Assembly: GCA_012295275.1 (NCBI GenBank)
Contig: CM022671.1
Location: 2,790,001 to 2,854,000, forward strand
Direction: 5' to 3'
Source of the DNA: Chrysomallon squamiferum
Lineage: Eukaryota > Animalia > Mollusca
DNA: 64,000 nt
Shown here piece by piece: positions 48,879 through 64,000 of the stretch. Every line of letters begins with the position of its first letter. Within the stretch, counting starts at the first letter, position 1. The position numbers were made by a program, and so were the translations under genes. The notes beneath the pieces were generated by a model. The model saw only the letters and a program-made list of their open reading frames with translations, did not search any database and was not told the origin of the DNA.

Positions 48879-51205
48879 GTAAGTAAATATAGTGTTCCCA
48901 TCACATCTATAGATGACTGACATCAAAATGAAAACCATGAGTTTGACTACGTTAACAAAGCATCTACAACAGAGCGTGTGTCCATAAAGGAAGAACAAGG
49001 TAATTTAAGCCAGTTATTAAATAAATCTTTGAATGATAGCATGATATACTTGTAGAGAGAGAATTGCTCTGAGGAATATTTGTAGTTCTCATGGTGGACC
49101 CATTAAGCTATTTACAAACAAAAACATTCTCTCGCAGTTTGTCAGATAAATGCCATCATATACAAAGAATAGAAAACTGCCCTTTCAGATTTTGGTGATT
49201 TCATTTTTCTTCTTCTTCTCCATCTTTTTTTATTATATTATTATTATTTATTTTTTGTGTCGTTTTGTTTTGTTTTTTAAAATCTGTGCCAAATTTGTTA
49301 TCAAAATCATGTTTGAAATCTAGAATGCTAAGTAATAATGCCTCCCTACGGATTAAGCTCTCTCAGTTTTGATGATACAGCTTCATGTTATGCTGCATGT
49401 GACAAACATACAAATCTGCTGTAATTATTTTGTCATTAGTGTTTATAGTTGCTGAAAACCATCCTCTTTATATACATACGTACAAACACACACACACACA
49501 TGGACAAACATACATACATACATATAGACATAGAAATAAAAACTACCTTGTTCCTATTTGAAGAATTATCTTTTATTAGTTGTATTGCTGTTAATTTAGT
49601 AATATGTTTTAAAATAAAACTTCCATTTATATTGTTAAAAAAGACTTTAATTATTATTATTATTGTTGTTATTATTATTGTTATTTTTTTTTCTTACATA
49701 TCTATTTTATATAATTGACAGTACAATGGATTTCCATATAACCACATAAATTTATTAGACACAGTAACACACGCAGTTTCCAGTTTTACAAGTGCCCTCT
49801 TTATATTCAGGATAAGATTTACAGTCTGTCATTATTGTACAAACATATAAATCATAATTTTATTTTATCTTATTTCATATATTTGTTAAATATATTATAA
49901 ATGTTGATATCGGGATAACTTTCAGATTTTTCTACTGAAGAAGTAAAATAAAACTATTCGTCGTATTGAACAACTCGTCTCAGTAACGAACATTCCTGTG
50001 CACTGCAGTGGTCGTAATTCCCCGAGAATAAAGAAATGTATTTTTCTTTATATACTGAACAGAGGTAAAACGCACGTCTGTGCAGTGATCGTAATTCCCC
50101 GAGAACAAAAATTTCTAACATGAGAACTACACCTTTGTTTACATACTGAATAGAGGTAAAATACATTTCTGTGCAGTGGTCGTAATTCCCCAAGAATAAA
50201 GATTTGTAACTAAAGAAATATGGCTTTCTTTATATACTGAACAGATAAAATATGTTTCTGGAGAATGCTAACGTGATCACGTATCGTAATTTGAAACTTG
50301 ACGTATTACGTGTTAGATCATGCGAGTTTTCATGACTAATGAAATAAATAAAAAACGAAATTATTTCATGTTTTATGAGCTCAAGATTATTAAACTGGTT
50401 CTCTTAGTCGTCTACAATTTGTTTGGGGGATTTTTTATATATATATATATATATTTTTTTTAATAAATTCAATTGGACTATAATCATTATTATTGAAAGA
50501 ATTTTTTTTTTTTTTTTTTCTAAATTTTTTATTTATTTATTTACTAGAGGTAATAGTTGTTGCTGTTGTTGGTGTTGGAATATTGAAATTAGTATTACAT
50601 AAATGCAGTTTTTCCGTATCAGAAAAAAAGAAAAATATCTTAAATTGCCATCTCGAAAACATCGTTTGGTTATTTACTTACTTACTACTAATTAAATATT
50701 TTATCTTAAAAATTCAACATTCGGAATAAACGATTTGTTATAAGTTATGAAAACAATACATATATGTAATGAATAATCCGTTTTTCAATTATAGGCCTAC
50801 ATGTTAATTCCACTGATGAAAAACAAGTTCCGAAAACTACGAATTTATAATATATATATATATATATATAATAAAAACGACAAAAACAGCGAGGATCATT
50901 TTATGATTTATTAGTAACTTTAACAAAGTTATAAATTAAAAATTAATATATAATTTGATTCTTGCCTGTAGTGACAAATTGTCAAATTTATTACACTACA
51001 TTCAAAACTAGGCAAGGTCCATCACAATATTAACATACACAGATCAAATACACAATAATAAAATTTATAATATAAATGTGGATCAAAATGACAATTTCCC
51101 AATAATTCCTGTCCTATTTTGTTTCAAGATAATTCACACTTTTCTCTCTTTTCAAGAAATCAATATTTGCTAGAGAGCAGTAAAATAACCCCAAATTCTT
51201 ACAGG

Positions 51206-51207
<2 letters not shown>

Positions 51208-51264
<57 letters not shown>

Positions 51265-51283
51265 CAGACACACACACACACAC
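51208..51283. repeat. (CA)n microsatellite
   Basis: Dinucleotide run. Others at about 1676-1711, 33124-33157 and 39138-39161. Confidence 0.95.
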
Positions 51284-52189
51284 TAAAATAAATAACAAAG
51301 CACCAAAAAAAATTTCACAAAATAAAGTGTTGTGGTATATTCAGAAATGTTTATAATTTATAAAGACAAAAGATGATGATTAATAGATTAGGCTTTATTA
51401 AGACTGATAATGAGCATGGACATTTCGAGACTGCACTGGGTGTCGCTGAAAACAAACTAAACTCATTAACAGTAAATAAAACTAAGCCCTCCATGAACAT
51501 AAAAAGAAAAAACAACAACGGCAACAAAAAAAACAAAAAACAACAACAATAAATAAATAAACAAATAAATAAACAAATAAATAAATAAATAAATAAATAA
51601 ATAAACCATAACAAAAAAAAAAAAAAAAAAATCATATAGGCCTAAAGGCCAACGTTTATTGGTTACACAAATTTAAACTGTAATCAATCATACATAATTA
51701 TTAGTAGACCGAAATGTTCAAAAGGCATTGTCTATCAGCTAATTATTACCTTGCTAAAACAAAATCTTTATTATTTCAAGTCGACTGATAACATATTCAT
51801 AGATGTATGGAAAAAATAAATCAAACGTCTAAAAATGATATTTCTGTGAGGTAATAGTATGGTGTATACTTTTGATGTAAGCATATTCGTCATAAATTAG
51901 TGTGCTATTGAGATGATATTTTATACGTAACATTAGGAAATCCTTCATTGTGCTATTGGACTTTTCGTCGATAGAATTTTTTTTTCTTTTTCTTTTTTTT
52001 TTTGGTTGTAGAGTATGCTTTTTTGTAAAATAAATTTATAAATCTTAAATCTTTTTCTTTCATGTACTTAGATGAAAATAGTTAAAAAACGAATTCATAT
52101 TGTTGTTATTGTTGTTTTAAATCATTTAATACAAATTTGTCCGATCCAAGGATTTATATTAATTGTGTTTACAAAATGAAGCTACAACT

Positions 52190-52280
<91 letters not shown>

Positions 52281-52536
52281 GTTTCGCATGAATTTCAAAT
52301 TTGTCACTGCTACAAGAAGAAAATACGTATAGACTTAGATAAATATAAAATGTAGATGATGTAGGTAATATACGGAAACATAACGGTAATAAACACCAGA
52401 CAAAGGATAAGCATCGTAAAGATTTGTATAAATTCATTCTGGTTATAAACGTTCATCTCTATGATATATGACTGTGACGCAGTGTCACAAAACGAACGAG
52501 TGCCTTAGTACACATGCAATAACGTGGCGACATTAA

Positions 52537-52599
<63 letters not shown>

Positions 52600-53226
52600 A
52601 ATAAATAAATAAATATATAACTAAATAAATAAATAAAGAATAAAAAATAAAAACCACCCTCTAATAAAAAAATCAATAAATAAAAAAATGGAATTTTTTA
52701 GCATGTGATTATGAACATGCATAAAATTTACATATATATATGATCACATGCTGTAAATTTCCACTGCTATTTGAATACAGCGAACAAATAATTTCAGGTT
52801 CAAAACAGTAGATACTTTTCTCGTTATCTGTTACGACAAAACACCTGACTTAAATGTGTGAATTCGCTATTCGCTTTTTTTGTGTCAAACCGGGCTTAGC
52901 AACGATCAAGTAAGCAACGAAACATTAGGTGAGTAGATCTATGTGAGTGTGAAGGTTATTTTTTATTATTGTTGTTGTTGTTGCTCCTGTTTTTATATTG
53001 TTAATGTTATTTTTAGACGTTGCTGTTGGCGGTGATAATGAAAATTTAACTGATGTTATACTTTTAATTATTATTATTATTATTAACTGCTCGGTGTTTA
53101 AAACGGACCCTTAGTTTAACAAGTGAGAAATATAGTCATCTAACATCATTAACTGTATTGGCTATTTATAATTTTATGTGATATATGGCTGTAATTTACT
53201 GAACATATAAATGCAGTTAAGTAATG

Positions 53227-53322
<96 letters not shown>

Positions 53323-53546
53323 GTTGTTACTGGTACATGACTTGGATAAGTAAAAAATTAGATGATTTACGAAAACATAATGGTAATAAACACCAGAGGA
53401 CAAGTGTTGCGAAGATTTGTATAAATTCGTTCTGGTTATAAACGTTCATCTCTATGATATATGACTGTGACACAGTGTCACAAAACGAACGAGTACCTTA
53501 AAATACACATGCAATAAAGTGATAAACCTTACAAAAACATTAATAA

Positions 53547-53597
<51 letters not shown>

Positions 53598-54027
53598 TCA
53601 ATAAATCAATAAAAAAAAAAATAAAAAAACACCCACAAAAATTTAGTTTTTAGCATTTGATTATGAACAGGAATAAAATTTACATATATATATGATCACA
53701 TGCTGTAAATTTCCACTGCTAGTAGAATACAGCGAACAAATAATATCCGGTTGAAAACTGTATATAAATTTGTAGTTATCTGTGGTTCGCTCAGTTATGA
53801 CAAAACACCTGACCTAAATGTGTGAATTCGCTATTCGGTTTTGTGATTTCAAACCGGGCTTAGCAATGATCAAGTAAGCAACGAAACTTAAGGTGAGTAG
53901 ATCTATGTGAGTTTGAAGGTTATTTTTTATTGTTGTTGTTGTTGCTGCTACAGTTTTTATATTGTTAATGTTATTTTAGACGTTGCTGTTGGTGGTGATA
54001 ATGAAAATTTAACTGATGTTATAATTT

Positions 54028-54101
<74 letters not shown>

Positions 54102-54444
54102 ATTGTTATTATTATTAACTGCTCGGTGTTTAAAACGGACCCTTAGTTTAATAAGTGAAATATTTAGTCATCTAACATCATTAATTGTATTGGCTATTTT
54201 TAATTTTATGTGATATATGGCTGTCTAATTTTTTGAAAATATAAATGCAGTTAAGTTATGAAAATATTGTATTACTTTTAAGACAGAACCTTAAGTAATC
54301 TAGAAATCTGAAAATGTTATGAAGCACACAATTGATTACATCGCGGGTTTGAATGTTTGAATACTAAATTCTGTTATACATAACATAGCAAACAATGCCA
54401 TATATTATATTAAATAATAATAGTACTACTACTACTACTACTAC

Positions 54445-54475
<31 letters not shown>

Positions 54476-57400
54476 TTAAAAAATAAACCATTTTTCGTTT
54501 CTAATTTCTGCAAGGAAAAATATTTTATCCATTAAGACAGTGATCGACTTCACTGACTTAAATTTGTTTTATGTTACTTTTTATCACGATAGCAATGATT
54601 TTATTCTTATAAGTTGGACTATCACGGCGTACAGAAGTATTATAAAATACATGCAAATTTAAGCTTACGTTAATACTCTCCAACATAATAGTAATACGTC
54701 TATTGGAATTACTGAATACTTAATGCTATAAACACTTCGTCACGTTCCTTTGATAGAGGATAGTATACTTAAATAGAGCATTCGTGGACGTAACTAGACT
54801 GTTTTTGAAACGAGGCAACAATATTTAATCGCCGAGCGGAGCAGGGCAGAAAAATTTGGGCGAAGGGTCTGAAGGCCGTAGTCACAAATGAATTCATTCA
54901 GTGGATATCATTTCTATCGGAACAGATATTTATATACTTTTTTATTATTAAATAAAATCTTTACAAAATGATTTCCTAACAAATAACTTTTCATTTTTTC
55001 AGTTCGATACAAAATATATTCAAATTTACGTAACCATTTTACACTTGAAAATTATATGAACATTTATGAGGTCAAACTGTAATCTCTGATCGATTAAATT
55101 TAGTGCTTTTCCTGTCTTGGAGTATATAAACAGAGAAGATCACCTACTGTTTTTCGATAACATCTGTTAGATGAACGTTGTTTACCTTCTCTCTTATGAT
55201 TAATAAATATAAAATTAGTTAACTATTTAATAATCTTCAAATAAAACTTTACTAAAATATCGTAATCAAATAGCCAATTTATTTATTTATTTTCTGTTAA
55301 ATAAATAATTATTTATTTACCGTTTATTTTGTATTAATTCTTTTTCACTACCCTGCTACCTTTAGTAATACATTGTACACTGACTAAGAAATGTTTTTCT
55401 TTTGGTTCTGAAGTTAATGCCAAATTGATATTTAAAGCTTGTATAATTATTATTTATTAGATTATATCGGATCTGAGAACATGATCTCCTTTTCAAACTG
55501 ACAACAGAAGTGTGAGAAAAAGTTAGTGCGTGCGTTGCTTGAACGTTGGTATTTCTACATATCCATTTGTGTTCTACTCTCGAACACTGATACATAGAGA
55601 AATTTATTTTATGGTTATTATTTTCTGCTAAGGAACTCTTTTGGGTGCGACTGGAAAGTAATAGATAAATCGTAATTTACGTCAGTATTTGTCATTTATA
55701 AAACCTCCTTATAGAATTACAAAGTATAATCTGACAAGCGTAACATAAACGTTAATGATGTTTTAAGTAAGCAAGGTTTTTTTATTTTATTTTATATTAT
55801 ATTGTGTTGTAATAAATTAATTAATTAATAGATCTGTCTGGCCTCAAAGAAAACTAAATGATGTATACAATATTCAGAAACCCAGAATCTATACAGCCGT
55901 AGAGTCCTGTGTGTTTTAGATTATAAATCTGTTGTTGTTTTTTTGTTTTATTTATTTATTTATTTATTTATTTTATTTATTTTTATTATTTTATTATATT
56001 TTTGTCCTGTCAGTTATGTAATATGGGTGCAGTTTATTATGACCGCTGAAAAAAAATATACAAGAATAATTACAGAAAAAGAACAAGATACTATTAACTC
56101 TTACAAACCTACCCCAAAAGCCCTCTTTTTATTTATTGTCTTTAATTCCCGTCATTTTTCTATTTTCTTTTATTTCATTTATTCCTTATTATTTACTTAT
56201 TTATATATATATTTTTGTGACCTTTCTAAATGTTAAAACAATGAATTTATTCATAATAATTCTCAACATCATCATCATCATTATTTTTATTATCTAGTAC
56301 ATAAATTATTGATGCTAATCACTAGAAAAAAGCAGATTTATATTTTTTATTTAATTATTTTTTATATATCAATTTAAACTTAAGCATCTTTACGTCATTT
56401 TTCTATCTGAATCATCAAGAGCTGTTTACGCAGCTTCGATGAAATAGGTTAAATGATGTTCTTCTGCCATTTTGTGGTTTAGTCATTTTGTAACAAATGA
56501 AATAACTAAAGCTGCTATTAGGCACAATAATATAAACAGTTTCCAGTTTTACAAGTGTCCTCTCTGTATACTACATATTGGCATTTTTTGTGACATATTT
56601 CGCTTTTGAATTGTTTCTTTTCATTTCTGGAGGTATTTTTAATATACCTTCTCAAAATCATCCAAACAAAATAAAATGTATAACAGGTATGTAGCTTTGT
56701 GCAAAAATTCCTCTGTACCTCGACTGAAACGAGTTGTCTAACTTCAGTGAAAATCATCTGGCAGTTTAGTCTGTAAACAAAGAATTATTGCTAGGTGATG
56801 TGATCAAATACCGCTTTTTGATTAGACGTTTATTTTTATTCTTCTTTTCTGGAATAAATGTTTATAATTATATCTGTATAAAATCAGTTTGTTACAACTT
56901 TAGGTAACATAGATATCCTCAAAATTAAAATAGTATTTCTGTTTCTTCATTTCAACCTGACATTCGTACAACATAATTATAATATTATCAACGCTGGATT
57001 ATAAAACAACAACTATGTCTACTACTATTATAATTAGAGGTACTATTACGACATATTTCGCTACCGATTATTAACGTAACTTGAACAGTTAGCTACGAGA
57101 ACTAAAACTACTACTACTACCGCTACTGCTGCTTCTGATAGTGATGTTATCTCTACTTCTTTTACATTTATTATTACCATCAGATTGATGATCTAGACAT
57201 CTGAAAATGTTACAACAGATATCATCATGGCGGTATCTTACATTTAAGTATTGCTTTACGATATAATAAGTTTTCATTTTACTTCTTGTAGGCCATTATT
57301 TATAATCTCTAGAAACTCAGTTTTTGTCAGTATTAAAATAAAATCTGTTTGGAACATATCTTAGATAACTATATAATAGTTAAAAATTCTTACTGAGCAA

Positions 57401-57724
57401 TATTTATTTGTGAACTCCTTCAATAATTAATTTCATTGCTGATATAAATATGTATGTGCCCTTTACGACAATAACATCCTTGTAGAGAATCCTTTAAGTA
57501 TGTAAGCAATATTCCTCCAGTTTATCTTCAGCATAATAAACGATAATAACAGCAGACAAAGGACAAGCGTTGTGAAGATTTGAAAACATTATCTTGGTTA
57601 CAAACGTTCATCTCTATGATATATGGTTATGACACAATGTTAAAAAACGAACGAGTGTCTTAGTACACATGAAATAAACTGATCATCCTTAAAAAAATTT
57701 TAATAATAATAAATAAATAAATTA

Positions 57725-57757
<33 letters not shown>

Positions 57758-57762
57758 AATAA

Positions 57763-57828
<66 letters not shown>

Positions 57829-58262
57829 AATAAATAAATAAATAGAAACCATCTAGAAATAAAAATAATGGAATTTTTTTGCATGTTATTATGATCACAT
57901 GCTGTAAATTTCCAGTGCTATTTGAATATACTGATACAATGATTTTCGAGGAAAAGAAATACTTTCCGGTTAAGAACAGAATATAAATTTGTCGTTGTCT
58001 GTGGTTTGCTAAGTTAGAATAAAACTCCTGACCTAAATCTGTGAATTCGCTATTCGGTTTTGCGATGTCAAACTGGGCTTAGAAACGATCGAGTAACCAA
58101 TGAAACATTAGGTAAGTAGATCTGTGTGAGTTTGAAGGTTATTTTTATTGCTTTGTTGTTGTTGCTCCTGTTTTTAATTTGTTAATGTTATTTTAGACTT
58201 TTCTGTTGGTGGTGATAACGAAAATATTACTGATATTATTATCATTTTGATTGTTATTATTA

Positions 58263-58312
<50 letters not shown>

Positions 58313-61300
58313 TGCTTAGTGTTTAAAACGGGTATTAAGTAGGTATCCTTACTGGGCGGTCAAATACCAGCACCTTTTATAAGAACGCCATGGAGTTACT
58401 AAAACAATAAAAACCGTGTACGTGGTTGAAGTAACAATTTGTTACGCGATTTCAATTCGGTGGCATAAAAATAAAAAACGCGGGTGTGATCGAAGTAACA
58501 AATTGTTACAGAATCTCAATTCCGTGTCAGTATCAAAACAATTCAAGTATCTAATGTCAAGTGGCATATTTCTAATCATCGTTTTGACCAGTATTTCATA
58601 GTTGTATTTTTCGTATAGCAATAAGCATCAGTAGCAAGCGTGAATCGAGAGCGCGCTAGAAATTTTACACAGCCAATCATATGTACAGAAAATATAAACA
58701 GAAGTTTTAGCGTGTGTTGTTGTGTAAGTTTATCACCTCTGTCAGATCACTTTACGGTCATCGCTTTCCTATAACGTGTGTCCGATTGGCTAATCCTACG
58801 TCACCTATATAGGTCACGTAGGCCTATATTTTATCTTTATAGGGGAATAATTTGCAAGTGATTTGTTTATCCACTCGGCCTATGGTTGTATTAATATTGA
58901 ATAAATGTTACTCAAGCGAACACGTGTTAGTGGCACATTGTAAACAACTTGTATTTCGCCACCCTGTAGTGTTTGTCGATTGTGCTCCTCAAAACGTAAC
59001 ACGGTTAAGAAAGGTGATTATAATACACAAGGAAAAAAGAATGTCAAGTAAATGTTTCTAATGGGAACTCACTATGGCTAACACAGTATACCAACAGGTG
59101 GCGCCATAATATGAATTGTGGTATAAAGTTCATTTTACTGTCAGGTATTATAATCCAAAATGAACTTGGCGCCATCTATTTGCACTTGTTTCTGTACTAC
59201 AGAGTGGCCCAGGAAAGGTTTCCCTGAGTCACATCATTCGGAAACCGAGCATTATTCAAATACAGTGCCACCCTGTACATCGTGTCAGATAGCAAGCTGC
59301 CAGTAGATCCCTTTAAAGATCGCGGCAAAATCTGGCACACAGTAGAATTATCCCCATAATATCCCCCCACATTAATGATGTATTTCAGTTACTGAAAAGT
59401 TGATATTACAAAAAAGGCCACATTTGAGAAAAGGGGGAATACAAAAAGAAATTCAGCATGGAAGGAAGTTTTTATTTTTATTTTATGTTATACCGTGTTG
59501 TAATAAAGAAAATAATTAAAAGAGTTGTCTAATATAATACTGAACATCCCAGAATCTATATAGAGAGAAAAGTCTTGTGTGTCTTAGTTTATAAATCTGT
59601 TAATTTAATAAAAAAACGTGTATGTGGTGAAGTAACAATTTGTTACGCAATAAAAAGTGGGTTTGTGATCGAAGTAACAAATTGTTACGGAATCTCAATT
59701 CCGTGTCAGTGTTAAAACAATTCAAGGATCTAATGTCAAGTGGCATATTTCTAATCATCATTTTGACCAGTATTTTATAGTTGTATTTTTCGTACAGCAA
59801 TAAGCATCAGTAGCACGCGTGAATCGAAAGCGCGCTAGAAATTTTACACAGCCAATCATATGTACAGAAAATATGAACAGAAGTTTTAGCGTGTGTTGTG
59901 TCAGTTTATCGCCTCTGTCAGATCACTTTACGGTCATCGCTTTCGTGTAACGTGTGTCCGATTGGCTAATACTCCGTCACGTAGGCCTATATTTTATCCT
60001 TATAGGGGAATGATTTGCAAGTGATTTATATATCCACTCAGCCTATGGCTATATTATCACGGTGTAACCCGGTTAAGAAAGGTGATTATAATACACAAGG
60101 AAAAAAATGTGAAGTAAATGTTTCTAATGGGAGCTCACTAATTGTCTGACAATTGAAGTGTCCCAAGGACAACATGTGTACAACACAATCCCTTTAAAGA
60201 TCACTGCAAAATCTGGCACACGGTAGAATTGTCCCCATAATATCCCCCCATGTTAATGATGTATTTCAGATTCTGAAAAGTTGATATTACAAAAAAGGCC
60301 ACATTTGAGAAAAGGGGGAATACAAAAAGGAATTCAGCATGGAAGGAAGTTTTTATTTTTATTTTATGTTATACTGTGTTGTAACAAAGAAAATAATTAA
60401 AACAGTTTCTAATATAATACTGAACATCCCAGAATCTATATAATCTTAGAGTATTGTGTGTCTTAGCTTTTAAATCTGTTAATTTAATAAATAAACACTG
60501 TACTTCTTTTTATATTTGTCCTGTCAGTTATATAATGTGGGTGTTGTTTATTGTGACCGCGGGAAGAAAATATACAAGTATAATTACACAAACTGAACAA
60601 AATAATTGTAACTGTTACAAACCTGATAATGGATTGCTATTAAAGGCCTCTTTTTATTTTTATTTTCATCTTTAATTCCCATCATTTTATTTTCTTTCAT
60701 TCATTCCTTATCATTTACTTATTATAGATATATTTTTGTCACCTTTCTAAATGTTAGAACAATTTATTTATTCATCATCGTCATCGTTATTTTTATTATT
60801 CAAAGTAGTGCATAAATTATTGATGTAAATCTGTGGAATAAGGCAGATATATTCGACTTTTTTCATGATACACCTCTACAAGTTTTCGATCAATTTAAGC
60901 TAAAGCATCTTCACGTTAATTTTCGATTTGTATTTTCAAGAGCTATTTACGTAGCTTCGATGAAAATGGTTAAATCATGTTCTTCTGCCATTTTTCATTA
61001 GAGCGTATGTTTGAATGTTTTGTAATTTTTCTTTTGATAGTAACAAATCATATAACTAAAGCTGGTGTTAGACACAGTAATATAGACAGTTTCCAGTTTT
61101 ACAAGTGCCCTCTATATATTCAGTATAAGATTCACAGTATGTCATTATTGTGCAAACATATAAATCATTATTTTATTTTATTTTATTTTATTTTATTTTA
61201 TTTTATTTTATTTTATTTTACTCGTTATATATATTATATAAATGTTGATATCAGGATAACTGTAAGATTTTTGAACTGAAGAAACAAGATAAGAAAACTA

Positions 61301-62334
61301 TTCATTGTATGTCACAACTCGTCTCAATACCGGTTATTTCTGTGCAGTGGTCGTAATTCCCCGAGAAGAAAGATTTCCAACTAAAGAAATACACCTTTGT
61401 TTACATACTGAATAGATTAATATATATTTCTTGAGAATGCGAACGTGGTCACATGTGGTAATTTGATATCTGACGTAGCAACCGTTAGATAACGCGAACA
61501 TTTTTTGTATTTTACGAGTTCAAACCAGATTATTAAACTGGTTCCCTTAGTCTTCTTAAAACTGTCGTGTACTTTATTTTATTTTGTTTATTTATTATTT
61601 TTATTTTTTTGTTTTTTATATCAAAACACTATAATGATTATTATTAATAGAAAAATGTATTATCTTTTTTGTTTATTTATTTATTTATTAGTAGAATTAG
61701 CTGTCGCGGTCGTTGGTGTTGTTGTTGTTATACTATTTTGATGTGATCTTTTATTCATCATGATGCATTAAATATAAACTTAATATATTAAGCACCATTT
61801 AAGTTCTCATTTAAGTTTTCAAATAATTCATGTCAGTAATATTGCATAAATTATTTTAAGTTTAAATTTTCGTTGAACTATTATCTTTAGAAACATGATT
61901 AACAAGAAAGAGTGAAGAATCTATGAAATTTAACATTACGTAAAAACGGTTCTTTGTCATCATAAATAAAGAAAAATGTCTTAAATTGCCATCTTAAAAG
62001 CATCTTTCAGTTATTTACTTACTTTCTACTAATTAGTTATTTTATATTTTATGTTAAAGTACGACGTTTATTTTCAGTAATCCAAACGATAATCTCTATA
62101 ATTACATAAAGCAATGGACTGATAAATAACAATACACGAGCAAAAATAGATATTTTTTATATAAAAAGTACGAATGACTAATTCTATTCATTGTATGTAA
62201 TTTTAAATATTTCATTTTACATAAATAATTAATCTTAAAAATTCAATATTCGGAATAAACGATTGTTATATATAATGAAAAATCCTTTTTTCAATTCCAT
62301 TGATGAAAAACAAGTTCCGAAAGATACGCCGCCG

Positions 62335-62862
62335 AAATCCGAGTTACGAGCGAGCTTAAGATACGCCGCCGCTAGTTGGTGCAACGAACAACACAACATC
62401 CGGCAGGCATCCCAGGTCTGTTGTGTTGTGCTCGCGTTTTGTGCAGTATTTTGCCAAATTTCTTTTTTTCTGACCGTGGATCCTAAGAAAGTGAGTGCAA
62501 AGGACAGTGCTGAGAAGAAGAAGCGGATGATGTCAATTGAATTAAAGCTTGAATTCATAGAAAAACATGAGCGAGGTGTGCATGTAGTCGACTTGGCTTG
62601 GCAGTACGAGCATAGTACTTCTACGATATGTACCATACTGAAGCTGAAGGGTCGATAAAAGCTGTAACTCCAACTAAAGGCGTTAAAATAATCTGTCTGA
62701 TCTCCAAGATAAATACACTTTACAAAAGCATATTATTTCTTTACATTCTATTTTATTTTGTTGTTTTTTTATACAATATTTGTCATTTATAAATACATTT
62801 TTCTTATTTAAAAACACGGTACAATATAAAAAATGGTGGGTTTTTTTTTTTTGGGGGGGGCT
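62335..62862 (+). mobile_element. Second copy of the same Tigger/pogo insertion, retaining the HTH-psq/CENP-B N-terminus but lacking TIRs
   Basis: 62476-62658 encodes (V)DPKKVSAKDSAEKKKRMMSIELKLEFIEKHERGVHVVDLAWQYEHSTSTICTILK. The left flank (CAAGTTCCGAAA) is the same as for the 37908 element. Confidence 0.88.
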
Positions 62863-63561
62863 GGTAACAAACACTCAAATTTCCAGACTGCACCCAGTAT
62901 AGTAAGTACGTAACGCAGCACTGGGCAAAGTGTATATAATGATCCTTTCAACAGATTTTGGTGTCGATGAAATAAAACCAAACTCATTAACAGTAAATAA
63001 TATTAAGTCATCCATGAATATGAAATGAAAAAAAAACCCAACAACAACAATAGTAACTAATTAACTACATAAATAAAGAAAGAAAGAAAGAAAAAACAAC
63101 AACAACAACAGCAAAAATAATGCTTTATCACTACCAACAGCATCTTTTATTGGTTACACAAATTTAAACTGTAATCAATCATACATAATTATGAGTAGAC
63201 AAAAATGTTTAAAAGGCATTGCCTATCAGCTATTACCTTGGTAAAACAAAATATTTATTAATATTATTTCAAGTCGACTGATAATATATTCATATATGTG
63301 TGGAACAAATAAGTCAAATGTCTAGAATGTTAGAGGAACAATTCTGTGTAGTAATAGTTTGGTGTCTACTTTTGATGAAAGAACTTTCGGCATAAATTAC
63401 AAAATCATTGTTGTTGATTTTTTGTTTTTTTTCCATGTGCTTAGCTTAGAATAGTTCAAAATCGACATGATAAATTGTGTTGTTGTTATTCTCTTATATT
63501 ATATAATGGAAATTTGTCCAATCCAAGGCTCTAATTGTTTACAAAATCAAGATAGAATTAC

Positions 63562-63645
<84 letters not shown>

Positions 63646-64000
63646 ACAAAGGATAAGTGTTGTGAAGATTTGTGGTAACTTGACTGTGACACACTGTCAC
63701 AAAACGAATAAGTGTCTTAGTACATAAGCAATAAAGTGGCATCCGTAAAATAAATAAATAAATAAAAACAACCCATTAATCAAAATCAAAAAGCCAAAGA
63801 AAAAAAAATTAATTTTTTTACCATGTGTTTACATAATTTACATTTCAACTGCTATTTGAATACATCAACAACAAAAAATAAATAAATAAATTTCGAGGAA
63901 AAGAAATACTATCCGGTTGATAAAAGTATATAAATTTGTCGTTATATATGGTTCGCTCAGTTATAACAAAACACCTGACCTAAATGTGTGAATTCGCTGT

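Larger units (their letters stand above)
49757..64000. repeat. Segmental duplication arm B (or alternative haplotype)
   Basis: Near-identical to arm A over several kb, differing in microsatellite lengths and block deletions. Confidence 0.92.

Overview
AT-rich, intron-containing animal DNA. It is an invertebrate, probably a mollusc or other lophotrochozoan (inferred, not determinable from the window), with one 200-N scaffold gap at 44935-45134. Bases 1-7.2 kb hold the 5' end of FANCD2 on the minus strand: eight coding exons with consistent splice phases, one extra base in a T-run, and an E2F/ETS promoter. The gene runs off the left edge. Head-to-head with it on the plus strand (about 9.9-18.5 kb) is a gene of about 1,020 codons for a protein with no visible transmembrane segment: tandem fibronectin type-III (FN3) repeats, a septin/AIG1-like P-loop GTPase, a coiled coil, an 8-Cys/His module and a second coiled coil. 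It has three homopolymer frameshifts, and ISRE and GAS motifs lie upstream. From about 19.5 kb to the end, the window is a mosaic of segmental duplicates. These include an internally deleted FANCD2 pseudocopy, a second FN3 exon with reshuffled repeats, collapsed copies of the GTPase gene's 5' region, and about 10 copies of a TATA(-30)-Inr-first-exon-splice-donor module. They also include MULE and Tigger/pogo transposon remnants, a kB-like minisatellite, an inverted duplication and many microsatellites. A roughly 14 kb block is repeated about 24 kb downstream, across the gap. Most ORFs in the supplied track are microsatellite or intron noise. All alignments were made by eye.
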